Source: Clostridia bacterium (GTDB lineage: Bacteria > Bacillota > Clostridia > Oscillospirales > CAG-272). Taken from it: DNA of 64,000 bases. The notes under the pieces were generated by a model. That model was not told the origin of the DNA. It saw only the letters and a list, made by a program, of their open reading frames with translations, and did not search any database. The stretch covers positions 12,662 to 76,661 of the forward strand of contig JAFQUJ010000004.1 in the NCBI GenBank assembly GCA_017408585.1. Direction: 5' to 3'. The translations under genes were made by a program, and so were the position numbers. Of this stretch, positions 38,472-49,400 are shown piece after piece; the first letter of the stretch is position 1, and each line of letters starts with the position of its first letter.

Positions 38472-39830
38472 CTACTCGTCGAGCTTTATGCCGAAGCGCT
38501 GGGCGGTATCTCTATCGAGGGTAGAGAATTTAGTATATTGACCGAGCCAGCTCATGGTAACCTTACCGGTTGAGCCATGACGGTTTTTAGCGACGATAAC
38601 ATCGACGATATTTTGCTTTTCGGGGTCAAGTCCGTAATAGTCACGGCTGAGGAAGATAACCATATCGGCGTCCTGCTCGATTGAGCCCGAGTCACGAAGG
38701 TCACTCAGCATAGGTGGACGGTCCTTTTCCTTTTCAGCTGCACGAGCGAGCTGTGAAAGCACCATAACGGGAACGCCCAGCTCCTTTGCGATAACCTTAA
38801 GTCCACGAGAAATTTCGCCAATCTGGTTTACTCTGTTCTGGTCGCCACCACGCCTTTCGGGTTGCATGAGCTGAAGGTAGTCAACAATAACAAGACCAAG
38901 ATTTTTAACCCTACGAAGCTTAGCCTTCATAGAGGTAAGAGAAATTCCTGTTGTATCATCAATATAAATATCCGTTTCAGAGAGAAGGCTTGACGCAACA
39001 GCGAGCTTTTCCCAATCGTCAACTGAGAGATCACCCTTGCGAAGCTTTTGCGAGTCAACCATCGCCTCGCTTGATATGATACGAGAAACAAGCTCCTCGT
39101 TTGACATTTCAAGAGAGAAAATGCAGACTGCCTTTTTGGTGCGCTTAGCAACGCTAGCGCCGATATTAAGAGCAAACGAGGTTTTACCAACACCGGGTCG
39201 CGCGCCGACGATAATTAGGTTACCCTTATTAAGACCGACCAAGGTATTATCGAGCTCGCTAAAGCCCGTTTGAATACCGAGCGCGTCCTCGGTAGGACCA
39301 TCACGGAGCATATTTAGATGCTCATAGGTTTTAACCAGAACCTCGCGAATGTGGGCAAAATCGTGACGCTCATTATTTCCTGCGATTTCGTAAATTTTAC
39401 GCTCCGCCAGGTCAACGATTTGAGCGACATCCTCGCCCTCGGTGAAGGCAACTCTTTGAATTTCCTCGGTTGCCTCGATTAACTTTCTTAAAATGCTCTT
39501 ATCGTGAACGATTTTTGCGTAATCCTTTGCGTTTTGGGCGCTTGGAACTACCTCTGCGATAACACGAATATAAGCTCTTGCCTCGGCATCGTCATTATAA
39601 ACTCCGCGAGAAACCATCTCATTTAGGAGAGTGACGAGGTCGATAATTTTGTTTCTTAGGTTGAAATCGAGCATAATCTCGAAAATGCGCTTATGCTCCT
39701 CGATATAGAAGTCGTCAACGCTGACAATCTCGGCAACATCGTTAAAGCAGTTAGGGTCAATTAGAATTGAGCCTAAAACCGATTGCTCTGCATCGACGGA
39801 GAAGGGAAGCTTTCTTTGTAATCCGTCCAT
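38472..39830 (-). CDS. dnaB: replicative DNA helicase DnaB (DnaC in Bacillus nomenclature)
   Basis: 452 aa. PFSVDAEQSVLGSIL N-terminus, Walker A GARPGVGKTSF, Walker B IVDYLQLM, SQLARAAE. Confidence 0.95.
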   Translation of the reverse strand: MDGLQRKLPFSVDAEQSVLGSILIDPNCFNDVAEIVSVDDFYIEEHKRIFEIMLDFNLRNKIIDLVTLLNEMVSRGVYNDDAEARAYIRVIAEVVPSAQNAKDYAKIVHDKSILRKLIEATEEIQRVAFTEGEDVAQIVDLAERKIYEIAGNNERHDFAHIREVLVKTYEHLNMLRDGPTEDALGIQTGFSELDNTLVGLNKGNLIIVGARPGVGKTSFALNIGASVAKRTKKAVCIFSLEMSNEELVSRIISSEAMVDSQKLRKGDLSVDDWEKLAVASSLLSETDIYIDDTTGISLTSMKAKLRRVKNLGLVIVDYLQLMQPERRGGDQNRVNQIGEISRGLKVIAKELGVPVMVLSQLARAAEKEKDRPPMLSDLRDSGSIEQDADMVIFLSRDYYGLDPEKQNIVDVIVAKNRHGSTGKVTMSWLGQYTKFSTLDRDTAQRFGIKLDE

Positions 39831-39840
39831 TTGTCACCTC

Positions 39841-40287
39841 TTATTTTTCAACGACCTGAACGCTTAGCTTAGCGCTGATGCCGGCATAGAGCTTAACCTC
39901 TACAATATAAGTGCCAAACGCCTTAATGGGAGCATCAAGCTCGATTTTTCTCTTGTCGATATCAAGAGAGAACTCCTTCTTTAACGCCTCGGCAATATCC
40001 TTTGAGGTAACAGCGCCATAAAATCTACCGTCACTTCCTGCCTCAGCCTTAATTACAACCTTAATTTCGCCGATTTTTGAGGCAAGCTCTCTCGCCCTTG
40101 CCTTTTCTTGCTCTATTTTGTGCTCCTCTGATGCCTTTTTGTTCTTAACATCATTCATAGCTCTTGCGTCAGCTACAACTGCGAGCTTTCTTGGGAATAG
40201 GAAGTTTCTCGCATAACCGTCGCTTACCTCGATTATGTCGTTTTTCTTGCCCTGTCCCTTTACATCCTGTAATAATACTACCTTCAT
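39841..40287 (-). CDS. rplI: 50S ribosomal protein L9
   Basis: [36 protein letters not shown] is the canonical L9 N-terminus. 148 aa. Confidence 0.95.
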   Translation of the reverse strand: MKVVLLQDVKGQGKKNDIIEVSDGYARNFLFPRKLAVVADARAMNDVKNKKASEEHKIEQEKARARELASKIGEIKVVIKAEAGSDGRFYGAVTSKDIAEALKKEFSLDIDKRKIELDAPIKAFGTYIVEVKLYAGISAKLSVQVVEK

Positions 40288-40289
40288 TT

Positions 40290-42317
40290 TTAGTCCTCCA
40301 CATTGAAGTAATCGTCTATTGCGTCCTTGAGCATAACAAGGGTTTGCTGAATTGACGCGCTCTTAATCTGCGCTCCCGCAGAGTCATAGCGTCCGCCACC
40401 CTTCAATCTTTCAAGGATAAGCTGAACATTTACACTACCATTTGAGCGCGCGCTGATATGAACGGTATCGTCAATCTGCATGAGCGCAAATGAAGCGCTA
40501 ACGCCCTCAACGCTAAGAAGGCTATCGGCAACCTTAGCGACAAGAGCACGGTCTGTGCTAGCGTCACCAACCTCGTAATTTACAGCGATTGCTGTACAAT
40601 TTCGATACATTTCAACCTTTTGACCGAACTTCGAGATTTGGCGATAATCAATAATATTAGTTTTAAATAGATCCTGAATTGCCTCATATGACGCATTATT
40701 GTCAAGCAAATACATAGCTGCGCCATAGGTCTTAGGGCCTGTACCCTTAGTAAACTGCTTAGTATCAAGCGAGATACCTGCCAAAAGCATATTAGCCTCA
40801 ACAGCCTCAAGGGTTGTCATAGGCAAGCATTGCTCAAGCATTTCAGCCACAAGCTCACAGGTTGACGACGAGGCGGGGTCGATATACTCAATTAAGAGCT
40901 TACGCTCGCTCTCGGCGGTTTTTCTGTGGTGGTCGATAATTGCGATATTGTAAACATTGTTATAAATATCAATTGACTCAAACATATCGGGGTTGTTTAC
41001 ATCGGCAATAACGAGAAGAGTTTCGCTCTTAATAAGGTCAAGACCTCTTGCCGAGTCAACAAACAGTCCCTTGTACTTGTACTCGTCAAAGAATTTCATA
41101 CAGCGCTTGATATTGGGGTTCTTGGGGTCGGTTACGACATTAACCTTAACGCCACAAATCATAGCGAGGCGTGCAAGTCCCACGCTAGCACCGAATGCGT
41201 CATAGTCCGGATACTTGTGACCCATAATGATAACATTAGATGCGCTAGCCATAAGGCTGACAAGCTTGCTACCTGCAACTCTTGCAGGCACTTTGGTCCT
41301 TTTATGAACGGTGCTTGTCTTACCGCCAAAGAAGGAAATATTCTCGTCAAACTTGACAACCGCTTGGTCGCCACCACGCTGAAGCGCCATATCAAGAGCA
41401 GCGTGCGCAGCCCTTTCCTTGTCAGCGAGAGTGCCCTTAATTTTAGCAACACCGATAGAGATGGTAACAGGCACAAAGCCACTGCCAACACGAATGTTTC
41501 TTATCTTGTCGAGAATTTCAAACTTGTTTTCAATGAATTTCTCGAGGTCCTCGTTTCTAAATATGAAAATGTACTTGTCCTTTTCGTATTCCTTTATAAT
41601 TCCGTTAACCTCGTTTGCCCAAGCACGCATTTCGGTTTCAATCTTGCCTGATGCCTCACGATAATTTTCCTGCTCAAACTGCAAAAGCTCCTCGAGGTTG
41701 TCAACGATGATATACGCAATAATCTTTTCGTCGTCGCAAACGAATTTTTGAAGGCGTGCAAGCTCCGTAATATCACGGAAGATAAGAAGGCTATAAAGCT
41801 TGCCGGCGGAGCTGATTTTTGTAACCTCAACACGATAGGTGCGCTCGCCAAGCGTGGTTATAATCTCCTTCTCGTTTTTGTCATCACCCTCGGGCAAGGG
41901 GTTTTGCATAATCAAGCTAAGGCTCTTGCCGAGCAGAGAGCCACTAACGCCTGATGCGTCCTGTGCAAAGCGATTGAACCAAATGATTTTCTTTTGCTCG
42001 TCACAAATTAGCGCAGGCTCGCTTGCCGAATTTACGACATCATACATAATAGAGCCAAGCACAGGGCCGGTAGGGCCGTGTACCTTGCGCTTCTTTTCAA
42101 GAGAGCTAAAGCCAAGCATGGTAAAGATGCTAAGAGAGATAGCGCCAAGAACCATAATTATTGAAATCAAAAGCAAATTTTCGGGAGAGCGTGATGCCCA
42201 AAGAGCGCCGAGCGCACAGCATGACGCACAAAGAATTAGCGAAATGATTTCAGCGAGCGTTCTATAAACAGAGCGCTTTTCCTTTTTGTTATACATATAA
42301 TTCTCCTTAAAGGTCAT
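40290..42317 (-). CDS. gdpP: GdpP/YybT-like DHH-DHHA1 phosphoesterase (cyclic-di-AMP phosphodiesterase family)
   Basis: 675 aa. Two TM helices, PAS-like and degenerate GGDEF region, DHH (…[13 protein letters not shown]…, IIDHHR) and DHHA1 (GGGRYDSAG). Conserved gdpP-rplI-dnaB synteny. The start could be a few codons downstream. Confidence 0.85.
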   Translation of the reverse strand: MTFKENYMYNKKEKRSVYRTLAEIISLILCASCCALGALWASRSPENLLLISIIMVLGAISLSIFTMLGFSSLEKKRKVHGPTGPVLGSIMYDVVNSASEPALICDEQKKIIWFNRFAQDASGVSGSLLGKSLSLIMQNPLPEGDDKNEKEIITTLGERTYRVEVTKISSAGKLYSLLIFRDITELARLQKFVCDDEKIIAYIIVDNLEELLQFEQENYREASGKIETEMRAWANEVNGIIKEYEKDKYIFIFRNEDLEKFIENKFEILDKIRNIRVGSGFVPVTISIGVAKIKGTLADKERAAHAALDMALQRGGDQAVVKFDENISFFGGKTSTVHKRTKVPARVAGSKLVSLMASASNVIIMGHKYPDYDAFGASVGLARLAMICGVKVNVVTDPKNPNIKRCMKFFDEYKYKGLFVDSARGLDLIKSETLLVIADVNNPDMFESIDIYNNVYNIAIIDHHRKTAESERKLLIEYIDPASSSTCELVAEMLEQCLPMTTLEAVEANMLLAGISLDTKQFTKGTGPKTYGAAMYLLDNNASYEAIQDLFKTNIIDYRQISKFGQKVEMYRNCTAIAVNYEVGDASTDRALVAKVADSLLSVEGVSASFALMQIDDTVHISARSNGSVNVQLILERLKGGGRYDSAGAQIKSASIQQTLVMLKDAIDDYFNVED

Positions 42318-42389
42318 TTATCATATAATTATTTATAACATTTTAACACAAAAATACAGATTTGTAAAGTAGTATTGTAGATTTTACTC

Positions 42390-42418
42390 TTGAAAGGCGT
42401 TCAAATTTGTGTTATACT
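42390..42418 (+). promoter_or_regulatory. candidate promoter of the GlmU-like gene
   Basis: TTGAAA 42390-42395, 17-nt spacer ending in TGT (extended -10), TATACT 42413-42418. Confidence 0.65.
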
Positions 42419-42453
42419 ATGCTTGTTAATGTGTTTACTTGAAGGAGAGAAGA

Positions 42454-43605
42454 ATGAAAAAGCTTTTTGTAGTAATTTGCAGACCATCAGAGGACGAGAA
42501 GATAGAGCCGGAACAGCAAATGCTGTATTTCTCCCCACTCTATGAGCATACTTATAGGAAATTTGCCGACGCAGTCAAGCTTTTAGGACTTGAATATGAG
42601 GTTGTAAGAAGCGCAACCTTCACTCTTGAGGGCGTTTCCAACGAGATAAATTGTGACATTGAGGACATTGTTGCCTTTACACACCCCCTCGCGTTTTTGG
42701 CTGAAAGGTCGGTTATCGAGGACGCGATAAGCTTTGTTGCGACAAACGATCTTGCCTATGCCACCGTAGGCTCGGCAAGGGGACTATATGCCACAATAGG
42801 CACAGGAAAGATGCTCGCTGAGGATACGGTTTCAAGCCCCTATGACTTTATCACCATGATAGGCAACTGTGGCGCCTGCTGTGAAAATAAGGGCTTTGGA
42901 AATGAGAAGGCAACGCCCGACACAAAGCGTGAATATTTACACAGGGTTGAGCGTTATCGTAGAGAATTCCTTGATTATCTGTGCGAATTTGGCGTTCAAA
43001 TCGACCTTTATGACGGAGTTATGATTTCTCCTGTAACAAGCATAGGAGAGGGAACTGTAATTTTACCAAACACTCAAATTTTAGGCCATAGCATTATAGG
43101 ACAGGGCTGTCTTATTGGGCCTAACGCCATAGTTTCCGGCTCGATAGTGTGTGATAGATGTGTGGTTGACAGTAGCTACATTTACGCATCAACCATCGAA
43201 AAAGAGGTCGAAATAGGGCCGTTTTGCCACATAAGCGAGGGCTGTCACTTGCTCTCACATTCAAAAACTCTTGCGTATTCTAAGCTTAAAGGCGTTACGC
43301 TTGGCGTGTCAAGTAAGATTTACGAGCATTGTCTAATAGAGGATTGCGATATCGGCGCGAGAGTCACGATAGGCGCAGGCACTCAAAGCGTAAATTATGA
43401 TGGAAAAAAGGCGTTCGAGTGCAAGATATCCGACGATGCCTTCGTGGGCGCAGGCGTTCAGCTAATAGCCCCACTCTCAATAGGTCATGGCGCATATGTC
43501 GCCGCAGGCTCAACCATAACTGACGATGTCCCCAACGGCGCGCTTGCAATCGCAAGGGAATATCAGTCCAACCACGAGAACTGGGCTAAGCGAAGAAACC
43601 GGTAG
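42454..43605 (+). CDS. GlmU-like left-handed beta-helix acetyltransferase with a divergent N-terminal domain
   Basis: Start at MKKLFVV (RBS gaaggagag). The C-terminal half is hexapeptide repeats ending …NYDGKKAFECKISDDAFVGAGVQLIAPLSIGHGAYVAAGSTITDDVP…, as in GlmU. The N-terminal half lacks the LAAGKGTRM-type nucleotidyltransferase signature. Lies in the GlmU position upstream of pth. Confidence 0.62.
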   Translation: MKKLFVVICRPSEDEKIEPEQQMLYFSPLYEHTYRKFADAVKLLGLEYEVVRSATFTLEGVSNEINCDIEDIVAFTHPLAFLAERSVIEDAISFVATNDLAYATVGSARGLYATIGTGKMLAEDTVSSPYDFITMIGNCGACCENKGFGNEKATPDTKREYLHRVERYRREFLDYLCEFGVQIDLYDGVMISPVTSIGEGTVILPNTQILGHSIIGQGCLIGPNAIVSGSIVCDRCVVDSSYIYASTIEKEVEIGPFCHISEGCHLLSHSKTLAYSKLKGVTLGVSSKIYEHCLIEDCDIGARVTIGAGTQSVNYDGKKAFECKISDDAFVGAGVQLIAPLSIGHGAYVAAGSTITDDVPNGALAIAREYQSNHENWAKRRNR

Positions 43606-44000
43606 TTTTCTTCGCGTCGATATGCTCCCCTCGGTCGCACGATAGCCCTTGCAGGCACGATATGTCCTGCGGACACGAGATGCTTTGCCTCGGCAAAGCG
43701 AGAGGTTAGAAAAAGAGAGCATATCATATCGAGCAACGAAGTTGCATATCGAGTTGCGCAGCAACATATCGAGTCCGTTAGGACATATCGACTTATATGC
43801 GTCCTTGTGTGCAAAACGCTCCATAGGAGCAAATCATTCCACATTCCGCATTCCACATTCCGCATTCCACATTCAGCACTTGCGAAGCACCGCATTCCGC
43901 ATTGCGACTCCCTTCGGTCGCTTGCATGGCTACCACCAGCCAATCGTTCTTCACTTCGCTTGAACTCTTGGGGTGTACGCACATCCGCATTTATACGAGG
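43606..44000. repeat. compound repeat: ATATCGAG-linked hairpins and CATTCCR heptamer run
   Basis: gcaac-gaa-gttgc, gttgc-gca-gcaac and gtcc-gtta-ggac hairpins joined by atatcgag (43725-43790). cattcc(a/g) x 6 (43835-43877). Also the hairpin gcgac-tcccttc-ggtcgc. Confidence 0.8.
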
Positions 44001-44006
44001 TATACC

Positions 44007-44633
44007 ATGTCAATTTTTGATTTATTTAAGAAAATAGAAAGAGAAAGTGCGACACAGGGTGGCGCAATTTCACATATCATAGTGGGGCTTGGCAATCCGG
44101 GCAAGGAATACGAGATTACAAGGCACAATGCCGGCTTTATGGCGATAGACCGTCTTTGCGAGGCGCTCGGAGTCAAGTGTGACAGGGCAAAATTCAAGGC
44201 ACTTGTCACAGAGGCAACCATAGCCGATACGCGAGTCTTGATAATGAAGCCACAAACATATATGAACCACTCGGGCGAGGCTGTTGCCGAGGCGTCACGC
44301 TTTTATAAGATAGCACCGGAAAATGTTATCGTAATAAGCGACGATATCACGCTGGATGTGGCTAAATTGCGCATTCGCAAAAAGGGAAGCGCAGGCGGTC
44401 ATAATGGCCTAAAAAGCATTATAGAGCACCTAAATACAGACACATTCCCCCGTATAAAGCTCGGAGTAGGTCAAAAGCCACACCCCGATTATGATGTAGT
44501 AGATTGGGTTTTGGGCAAATTCGCAAGCCAAGATCTTGAAGCGCTGAAAAAGACGATAGAAGACATAAAAGCTCCCATTGAATTGATGATTAAGGGCGAT
44601 TATGATGGAGCGATGAACGCCTTCAATAGATAA
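44007..44633 (+). CDS. pth: peptidyl-tRNA hydrolase
   Basis: Trimmed to MSIFDLF at 44007; the upstream ORF part is repeat sequence. GLGNPGKEYEITRHNAGF and GSAGGHNGLKS motifs. Confidence 0.93.
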   Translation: MSIFDLFKKIERESATQGGAISHIIVGLGNPGKEYEITRHNAGFMAIDRLCEALGVKCDRAKFKALVTEATIADTRVLIMKPQTYMNHSGEAVAEASRFYKIAPENVIVISDDITLDVAKLRIRKKGSAGGHNGLKSIIEHLNTDTFPRIKLGVGQKPHPDYDVVDWVLGKFASQDLEALKKTIEDIKAPIELMIKGDYDGAMNAFNR

Positions 44634-44700
44634 ATGAAATGGCTTTGCCATGAATTGCGACAAATCGCATGAATTGCAACCGTGTTGCATGAAAGGGTGA
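44634..44700. repeat. short CATGAAT-linked hairpin array (pth to the flavin reductase gene)
   Basis: tggc-ttt-gcca, tgcga-caaa-tcgca and tgcaac-cgt-gttgca hairpins joined by tgaat. Confidence 0.8.
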
Positions 44701-44702
44701 CT

Positions 44703-45257
44703 ATGAAAAGACAATTAAAACCCGGGGCGCTTGTTGCGCCTGTGCCGGCGGTAATGGTATCGTGTGGTAGCATGGAAAAGCCGAACATTATCACGATAGC
44801 GTGGTGTGGAATTTTAAACACATCACCCGCCAAAACATATATTTCCGTGCGCCCGGAGCGCTATTCCTATGATTTGATTAAGAGCTCGGGCGAGTTCGTT
44901 ATCAACCTTGTCCCAAGGGAGCTTGCAAGGGTTGCTGACTATTGTGGAATGGTAACAGGACGCAAAATAGACAAGTTTAAGAAATGCTCTCTTACCCCAA
45001 TAAAAAGCCCCGAGCTGAATGTCCCCATGATAGAGGAATGTCCAATAAGCCTTGAATGTAAGGTTAGCGACATAATAAAGCTCGGCACACACGATATGTT
45101 TATAGCCGATATCGTAGGCGTAAATGTTGACGAAAGGCTCTTTGAGGGCGACAAAATTTGCATAAACAGAGCGCACCTGTGTGCGTATGCTCATGGAGAA
45201 TACTATGAGCTTGCAAAGCGCATCGGCAAGTTCGGTTTCTCCGTCAAGCGCCGATAG
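44703..45257 (+). CDS. flavin reductase-like FMN-binding protein
   Basis: Trimmed to MKRQLKPG at 44703. …PNIITIAWCGILNTSPAKTYISVRPERYSYDLI… matches the flavin reductase-like domain. Confidence 0.75.
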   Translation: MKRQLKPGALVAPVPAVMVSCGSMEKPNIITIAWCGILNTSPAKTYISVRPERYSYDLIKSSGEFVINLVPRELARVADYCGMVTGRKIDKFKKCSLTPIKSPELNVPMIEECPISLECKVSDIIKLGTHDMFIADIVGVNVDERLFEGDKICINRAHLCAYAHGEYYELAKRIGKFGFSVKRR

Positions 45258-45350
45258 GCGTCAATTTTTGTTGTTGCTCCTCGCTGACAACCTCGACTAT
45301 CACAAGATAGCCATCGCCTGTCAGCTGTGGTGCGCCTAAAAAATTTTAGC
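45258..45350. repeat. junction-type element
   Basis: …tgttgttgctcctcg-ctgaca-ACCTC-gactatc-acaa-gatagcc-ATCGCC-tgtcag-ctgtggtgcgcctaa. Preceded by the stop-spanning hairpin cgcc-gata-ggcg. Confidence 0.8.
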
Positions 45351-45406
45351 CTATCAACCCTTGAAGCCGAGCGCACATATCATTGTTTTTTGATTTTTAG
45401 TTTGAT

Positions 45407-45441
45407 TTCTTTTTGTCCCCTTTTTCTTTTTCCAAAGAAAG
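45407..45441 (+). repeat. Y-Y-R triad element (forward, purine arm truncated)
   Basis: TTTCTTTTT-gt-CCCCTTTTTCTTT-ttcc-AAAGAAAG. First of two tandem copies of a roughly 95-nt unit. Confidence 0.7.
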
Positions 45442-45499
45442 CCGAGAGCCTCGGCAGGCAGGAGAAGGAAGCTTATAGGGTTTTTAATTTTTAGTTTGA

Positions 45500-45543
45500 T
45501 TTCTTTTTGTCCCCTTTTTTCTTTTTCCAAAGAAAAAGGGGGG
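45500..45543 (+). repeat. Y-Y-R triad element (forward), 27 nt upstream of the SGNH hydrolase ATG
   Basis: TTTCTTTTT-gt-CCCCTTTTTTCTTT-ttcc-AAAGAAAAAGGGGGG. Confidence 0.8.
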
Positions 45544-45569
45544 AAAATATATAAAACGAGGTAGAAAAA

Positions 45570-46223
45570 ATGATTTTTGAAAATGGAGACAGAGTAGTAT
45601 TTGCGGGTGACAGTGTAACCGACAGTGGAAGAAAGCGCCCATACGGAGAAGGACTTTGGGAGGGCGTTGGAAACGGATATGTAAGAAATGTTGACTCAAT
45701 GCTAAGCGTGCTTTATCCCGAAAGACTCATTCATATAACAAATGTAGGCTGTGGTGGAGCGACAAGTGCGGATATGCTAAGAGATTGGGAAACCAATGTA
45801 GAGGCGTGCAAGCCCGACTATGTGTTCTTTATGATAGGAGCAAACGATGTATGGCGTCACTTTGACGAGCCTGCGTTTGACCATAGCGAGCGCTCACCCG
45901 AGGCGTACAGGGCCAACATAGAGGCAGTATGTGAAAGAACGGTTGGCAAGGTAAAGGGACTCTTTATTATCAGCCCCTTCTACATGGAAGCAAACAACGA
46001 TGACCCAATGAAGAAAATGACCGTGGAATATGCGAAAATATGCGAGGATGTGGCTAAAAAGTACGGTGCAACCTACATAGATGTTCAAGAGGACTTTGAT
46101 AAGCACCTAGAGCATAGATATCCCGCCTACATTTCGTGGGACAGAGTTCATCCTAACTGGGTTGGCTCAATGATAATAGCGTCGAAGATTATGAAAGTGA
46201 TAGGTGCGAAAAATCTATATTAA
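45570..46223 (+). CDS. SGNH/GDSL hydrolase
   Basis: VVFAGDSVTD (block I Ser), GANDV (block III) and a C-terminal DRVHP (block V). Confidence 0.8.
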   Translation: MIFENGDRVVFAGDSVTDSGRKRPYGEGLWEGVGNGYVRNVDSMLSVLYPERLIHITNVGCGGATSADMLRDWETNVEACKPDYVFFMIGANDVWRHFDEPAFDHSERSPEAYRANIEAVCERTVGKVKGLFIISPFYMEANNDDPMKKMTVEYAKICEDVAKKYGATYIDVQEDFDKHLEHRYPAYISWDRVHPNWVGSMIIASKIMKVIGAKNLY

Positions 46224-46234
46224 TAAAAACAAAA

Positions 46235-46259
46235 AGACCTCGCGTGAGGTCTTTTTTTG
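46235..46259 (+). terminator. rho-independent terminator of the SGNH hydrolase gene
   Basis: agacctc-gcgt-gaggtct followed by ttttttt. Confidence 0.8.
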
Positions 46260-46286
46260 TCACTTTTTTATGTCATATTTTTATTT

Positions 46287-46310
46287 TGACATCATGATAT
46301 CATGATATCA
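46287..46310. promoter_or_regulatory. TGACATCA-TGATATCA-TGATATCA triple 8-mer, candidate operator upstream of the LRR protein gene
   Basis: Contains the same perfect 16-bp palindrome as 18250-18265. Lies about 85 nt upstream of the predicted -35. Confidence 0.55.
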
Positions 46311-46393
46311 AAATATGCAAGGCTTTGCCTTAATGATGTGTTTGTTTTTGTTTGGTGCGCATTGCAACAGCCCCTATTTTTGTGCAATATGTC

Positions 46394-46422
46394 TTGACAT
46401 CTTGAATATTATATGATAATAT
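46394..46422 (+). promoter_or_regulatory. candidate promoter of the LRR surface protein gene
   Basis: TTGACA 46394-46399, 17-nt spacer with TGA (extended -10), TAATAT 46417-46422. Confidence 0.65.
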
Positions 46423-46480
46423 ATACCCATAAATATTTTATGATGGGTGTCGAGCCACTCGACCCCGTAAGGAGAAAATT

Positions 46481-49400
46481 ATGAAAAAGCTAATAACAAT
46501 GCTTGCTATGTGCATAATTTTGTGCTGTGCGCTTGTGCTTTCGGTTAGTGCGGCAACCTCGGTTACTGATGACGGAAGCAATGTAACGCTTGGCGATTGC
46601 ACGATAGCAAATCTTGACGGAGTGACAATTCCGTCACCAACAAGAGGTCTTGCATATTCTCTTGATGATGAAACAATGACCGCAACTGTAACGGGCAGAG
46701 GCTCGTTTGCAGGTGGCGACCTTGTTATCCCATCAACCGTAACTTATGGCGGTGAGGTATACAATGTTAAAACTGTTGCACCATTTGCTTTTAACGGTTC
46801 AAACGGTGGATGGCTCACTTACAACATCTATGTTCCCGACTGTGTTACCCGTTTGGGTGGCGGTGGCTCACAAGGATGTTTTGGTAACTCCAACCTTCGT
46901 GATGTTTACATCGGCTCAGGTCTTACCGAACTTGAACAAGAGGTGTTCAGCGGTTCAAGGGGCGTTACTTCGTTTGTTTTGAAATCTAAGATTACAAAAG
47001 TAGGCGTATACGCATTCAACTCTCTTACAAAGGGTAGTGACCCGTTCAAGGCGTTTGAGCTTGACCTTTCAAATGTTACCCGTTTTGAAAAGCTCGCATT
47101 TAACGGTGCAACTTTTATAAGCGGTATCGACTTCGAATTCTCACCTAACATTGAGTATATCGGTGATGAGGCGTTTATCAGCAGTAAAATTAGCGGAACT
47201 ATAATAATTCCCGAGGATGTTGCACTTGGAAGCCGTTGCTTTAACGGAACAAGCTTTGACCTCGTTGTTATCAATGTTAAGGAAGGCACAGTAAGAGAGC
47301 TTCCTAAGGAGCTTTTCTCGGGTGCAAGCTCGGGACTTAAGGTTGCTATCACCGGTAGAGCGACAACAAACTCAACGCATGTCCTCTCCGGTAACAGTAT
47401 GAGTATTTATATGCAAACAAAGGCTCAAATTGAGGAACTTGTTACTGCAATTTCAAAGCAAACAGGTAGCGACAGACTTGATAATAGTGTAACATACTAC
47501 GCATGCAATGACGGTCTTTCATTCACTTCAACAACAAGCGGAGTGTTAAGCGAAGGTCAAACAGCAAGTGTGCACTGTTGGACTGCCGAGACAGTTGTTC
47601 GTGAGGCAAACTGCACCTACGCAAGACGCGAGGCATATATTTGCTATGCTTGTGGTGATGAAGACATCATTTCCCAAGGAACTGAGCTTGGAAATCACAT
47701 CTTTGAAACATATACAAAGGCTCCTACCTGCCAATCGGTAGGCTATACCGAATATGACTGCACAGTATGTGATCTTCAAGAGGTTGGCGCGTTTGTAGAT
47801 AAGACCGCGCACTCAAATACAGTAGTGATATACGGTGCGGTAAACGGATCAACTCTCGAGGTAAGCTACTACTGCGAATACTGTAACACACTTGACAGAA
47901 CCGAAAATGTAAGCCTTGTAAACAAGTGCTACATTGAGGGCTACGGACTATTTGACGCAACACTTGAATATGTAAGCGTAGATGCAAACGGAGTTGCAAC
48001 TCCCTCGGGCGCTACCTTTGATAATGCAGTAATTTATTTCCCATCATATGTTCAGGTGGGTGACGAGATTGTCGAGGTAAAGACAGTTCAGGGCTTTAAG
48101 GCAAAATCAATCAAGTCAATCTATATTCCCGATACAGTTACAAGAATTGCGGGTGGCTCGGGCGTTGGTTGCTTTGGTGACTGCTACGACCTTAAAAACA
48201 TCGTAGTCGGCAAGGGCGTTACAAAAATCGAGAGAGAAGCCTTTTGCATGGGTAAAGCAATCACCGTTGATGAATTTATCTTCAAGGGAACGATTACCGA
48301 AATCCACTTCAAAGGACTTAATGCAGTAAAACAGGCATCAACAGAAATTCCTTACGAATTTAAAACATATCTTTCATATGTTGGAGCATACGCAAACCTT
48401 GGTGGCTCAATCATAAGAGAGGCACATATTGCCAAGGGCTGTGACCTTAGCGAAAAATTTGCATTTAACGACTCAAACGCACTTGTAACAGTTTATATTG
48501 AGGGTGGCGACACTCCTGAAACCGCACTTGACTTAGGTCAAGAGTTTACAAGTAACACCTCTACACAATACTACTACATCAAGGGTTATGTAACAGTTAG
48601 CGGTCGGGCGGTTCTTTCAGGACTTAACAACACAAGAATTTTCATGGAAAGCGTTGATGCAGTTGATGTATTTGCTAACGCAATAAAGAAACAAGATTTT
48701 GCTTACAGAATGGACAATGCAACATTCCTTGATTGTAAAACACAAAAAACATGGCTTATTAAGTCAGATGCGGACAGAGCAGAGCATACCGTCACCTTCT
48801 TCCATGGAGGTGTTATTACCGAAGCAGAGGCTTCCTGCACACAGGGTGCTATCTTTGTTGAAAGATGCTTTATTTGTGGCGCAACCGTTAGCCAAGAGGT
48901 TGGCGAGCCACTTGAGCATCAGGTTGACGGCGGAGTAATCACGGTTATGCCTAACTGTCGTGACACAGGAAAAATCATTTATACTTGTATTGACTGTGGA
49001 GAAAGTGAGGAGCGCGAAATCTTCCGCGACTACTCAACACATGATTACAAGGTATATCTTGTATATGCACAAGGGCTTGACAAAGCGGGCAACAGAAGCA
49101 CAAAATGCACAATCTGTGACGATATGACAAGCTCTGAGACAACGCTTCCTATCATTGTGGCGCTCGGCTACTCTGTAAGAGATCCAAATGGCGCAAGAGA
49201 TGGTCTTGACGGTGGCTATACAATCAATAACGAGCTACTAAACGAGTATGAAAGACTTAATGGCAAGGTTAGACTTGGAATTATAATCGCAAACGCAAAC
49301 GAGGCAAAGGCAATCGGTCTTGTTGGAGAGGGCTTTAAGGTTCTCGGCGCAAAGGCACTTCAGGTAGAGCTGGAATCTCGTGAATATTCAAGCTTCAACC

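Noticed and set aside
43563-44037. Several overlapping ORFs on both strands (43563..43982-, 43649..43963+, 43793..43990-, 43807..44037+).
   Set aside because: They lie entirely in the heptamer and hairpin repeat region. They are mutually overlapping, repetitive peptides with no RBS.
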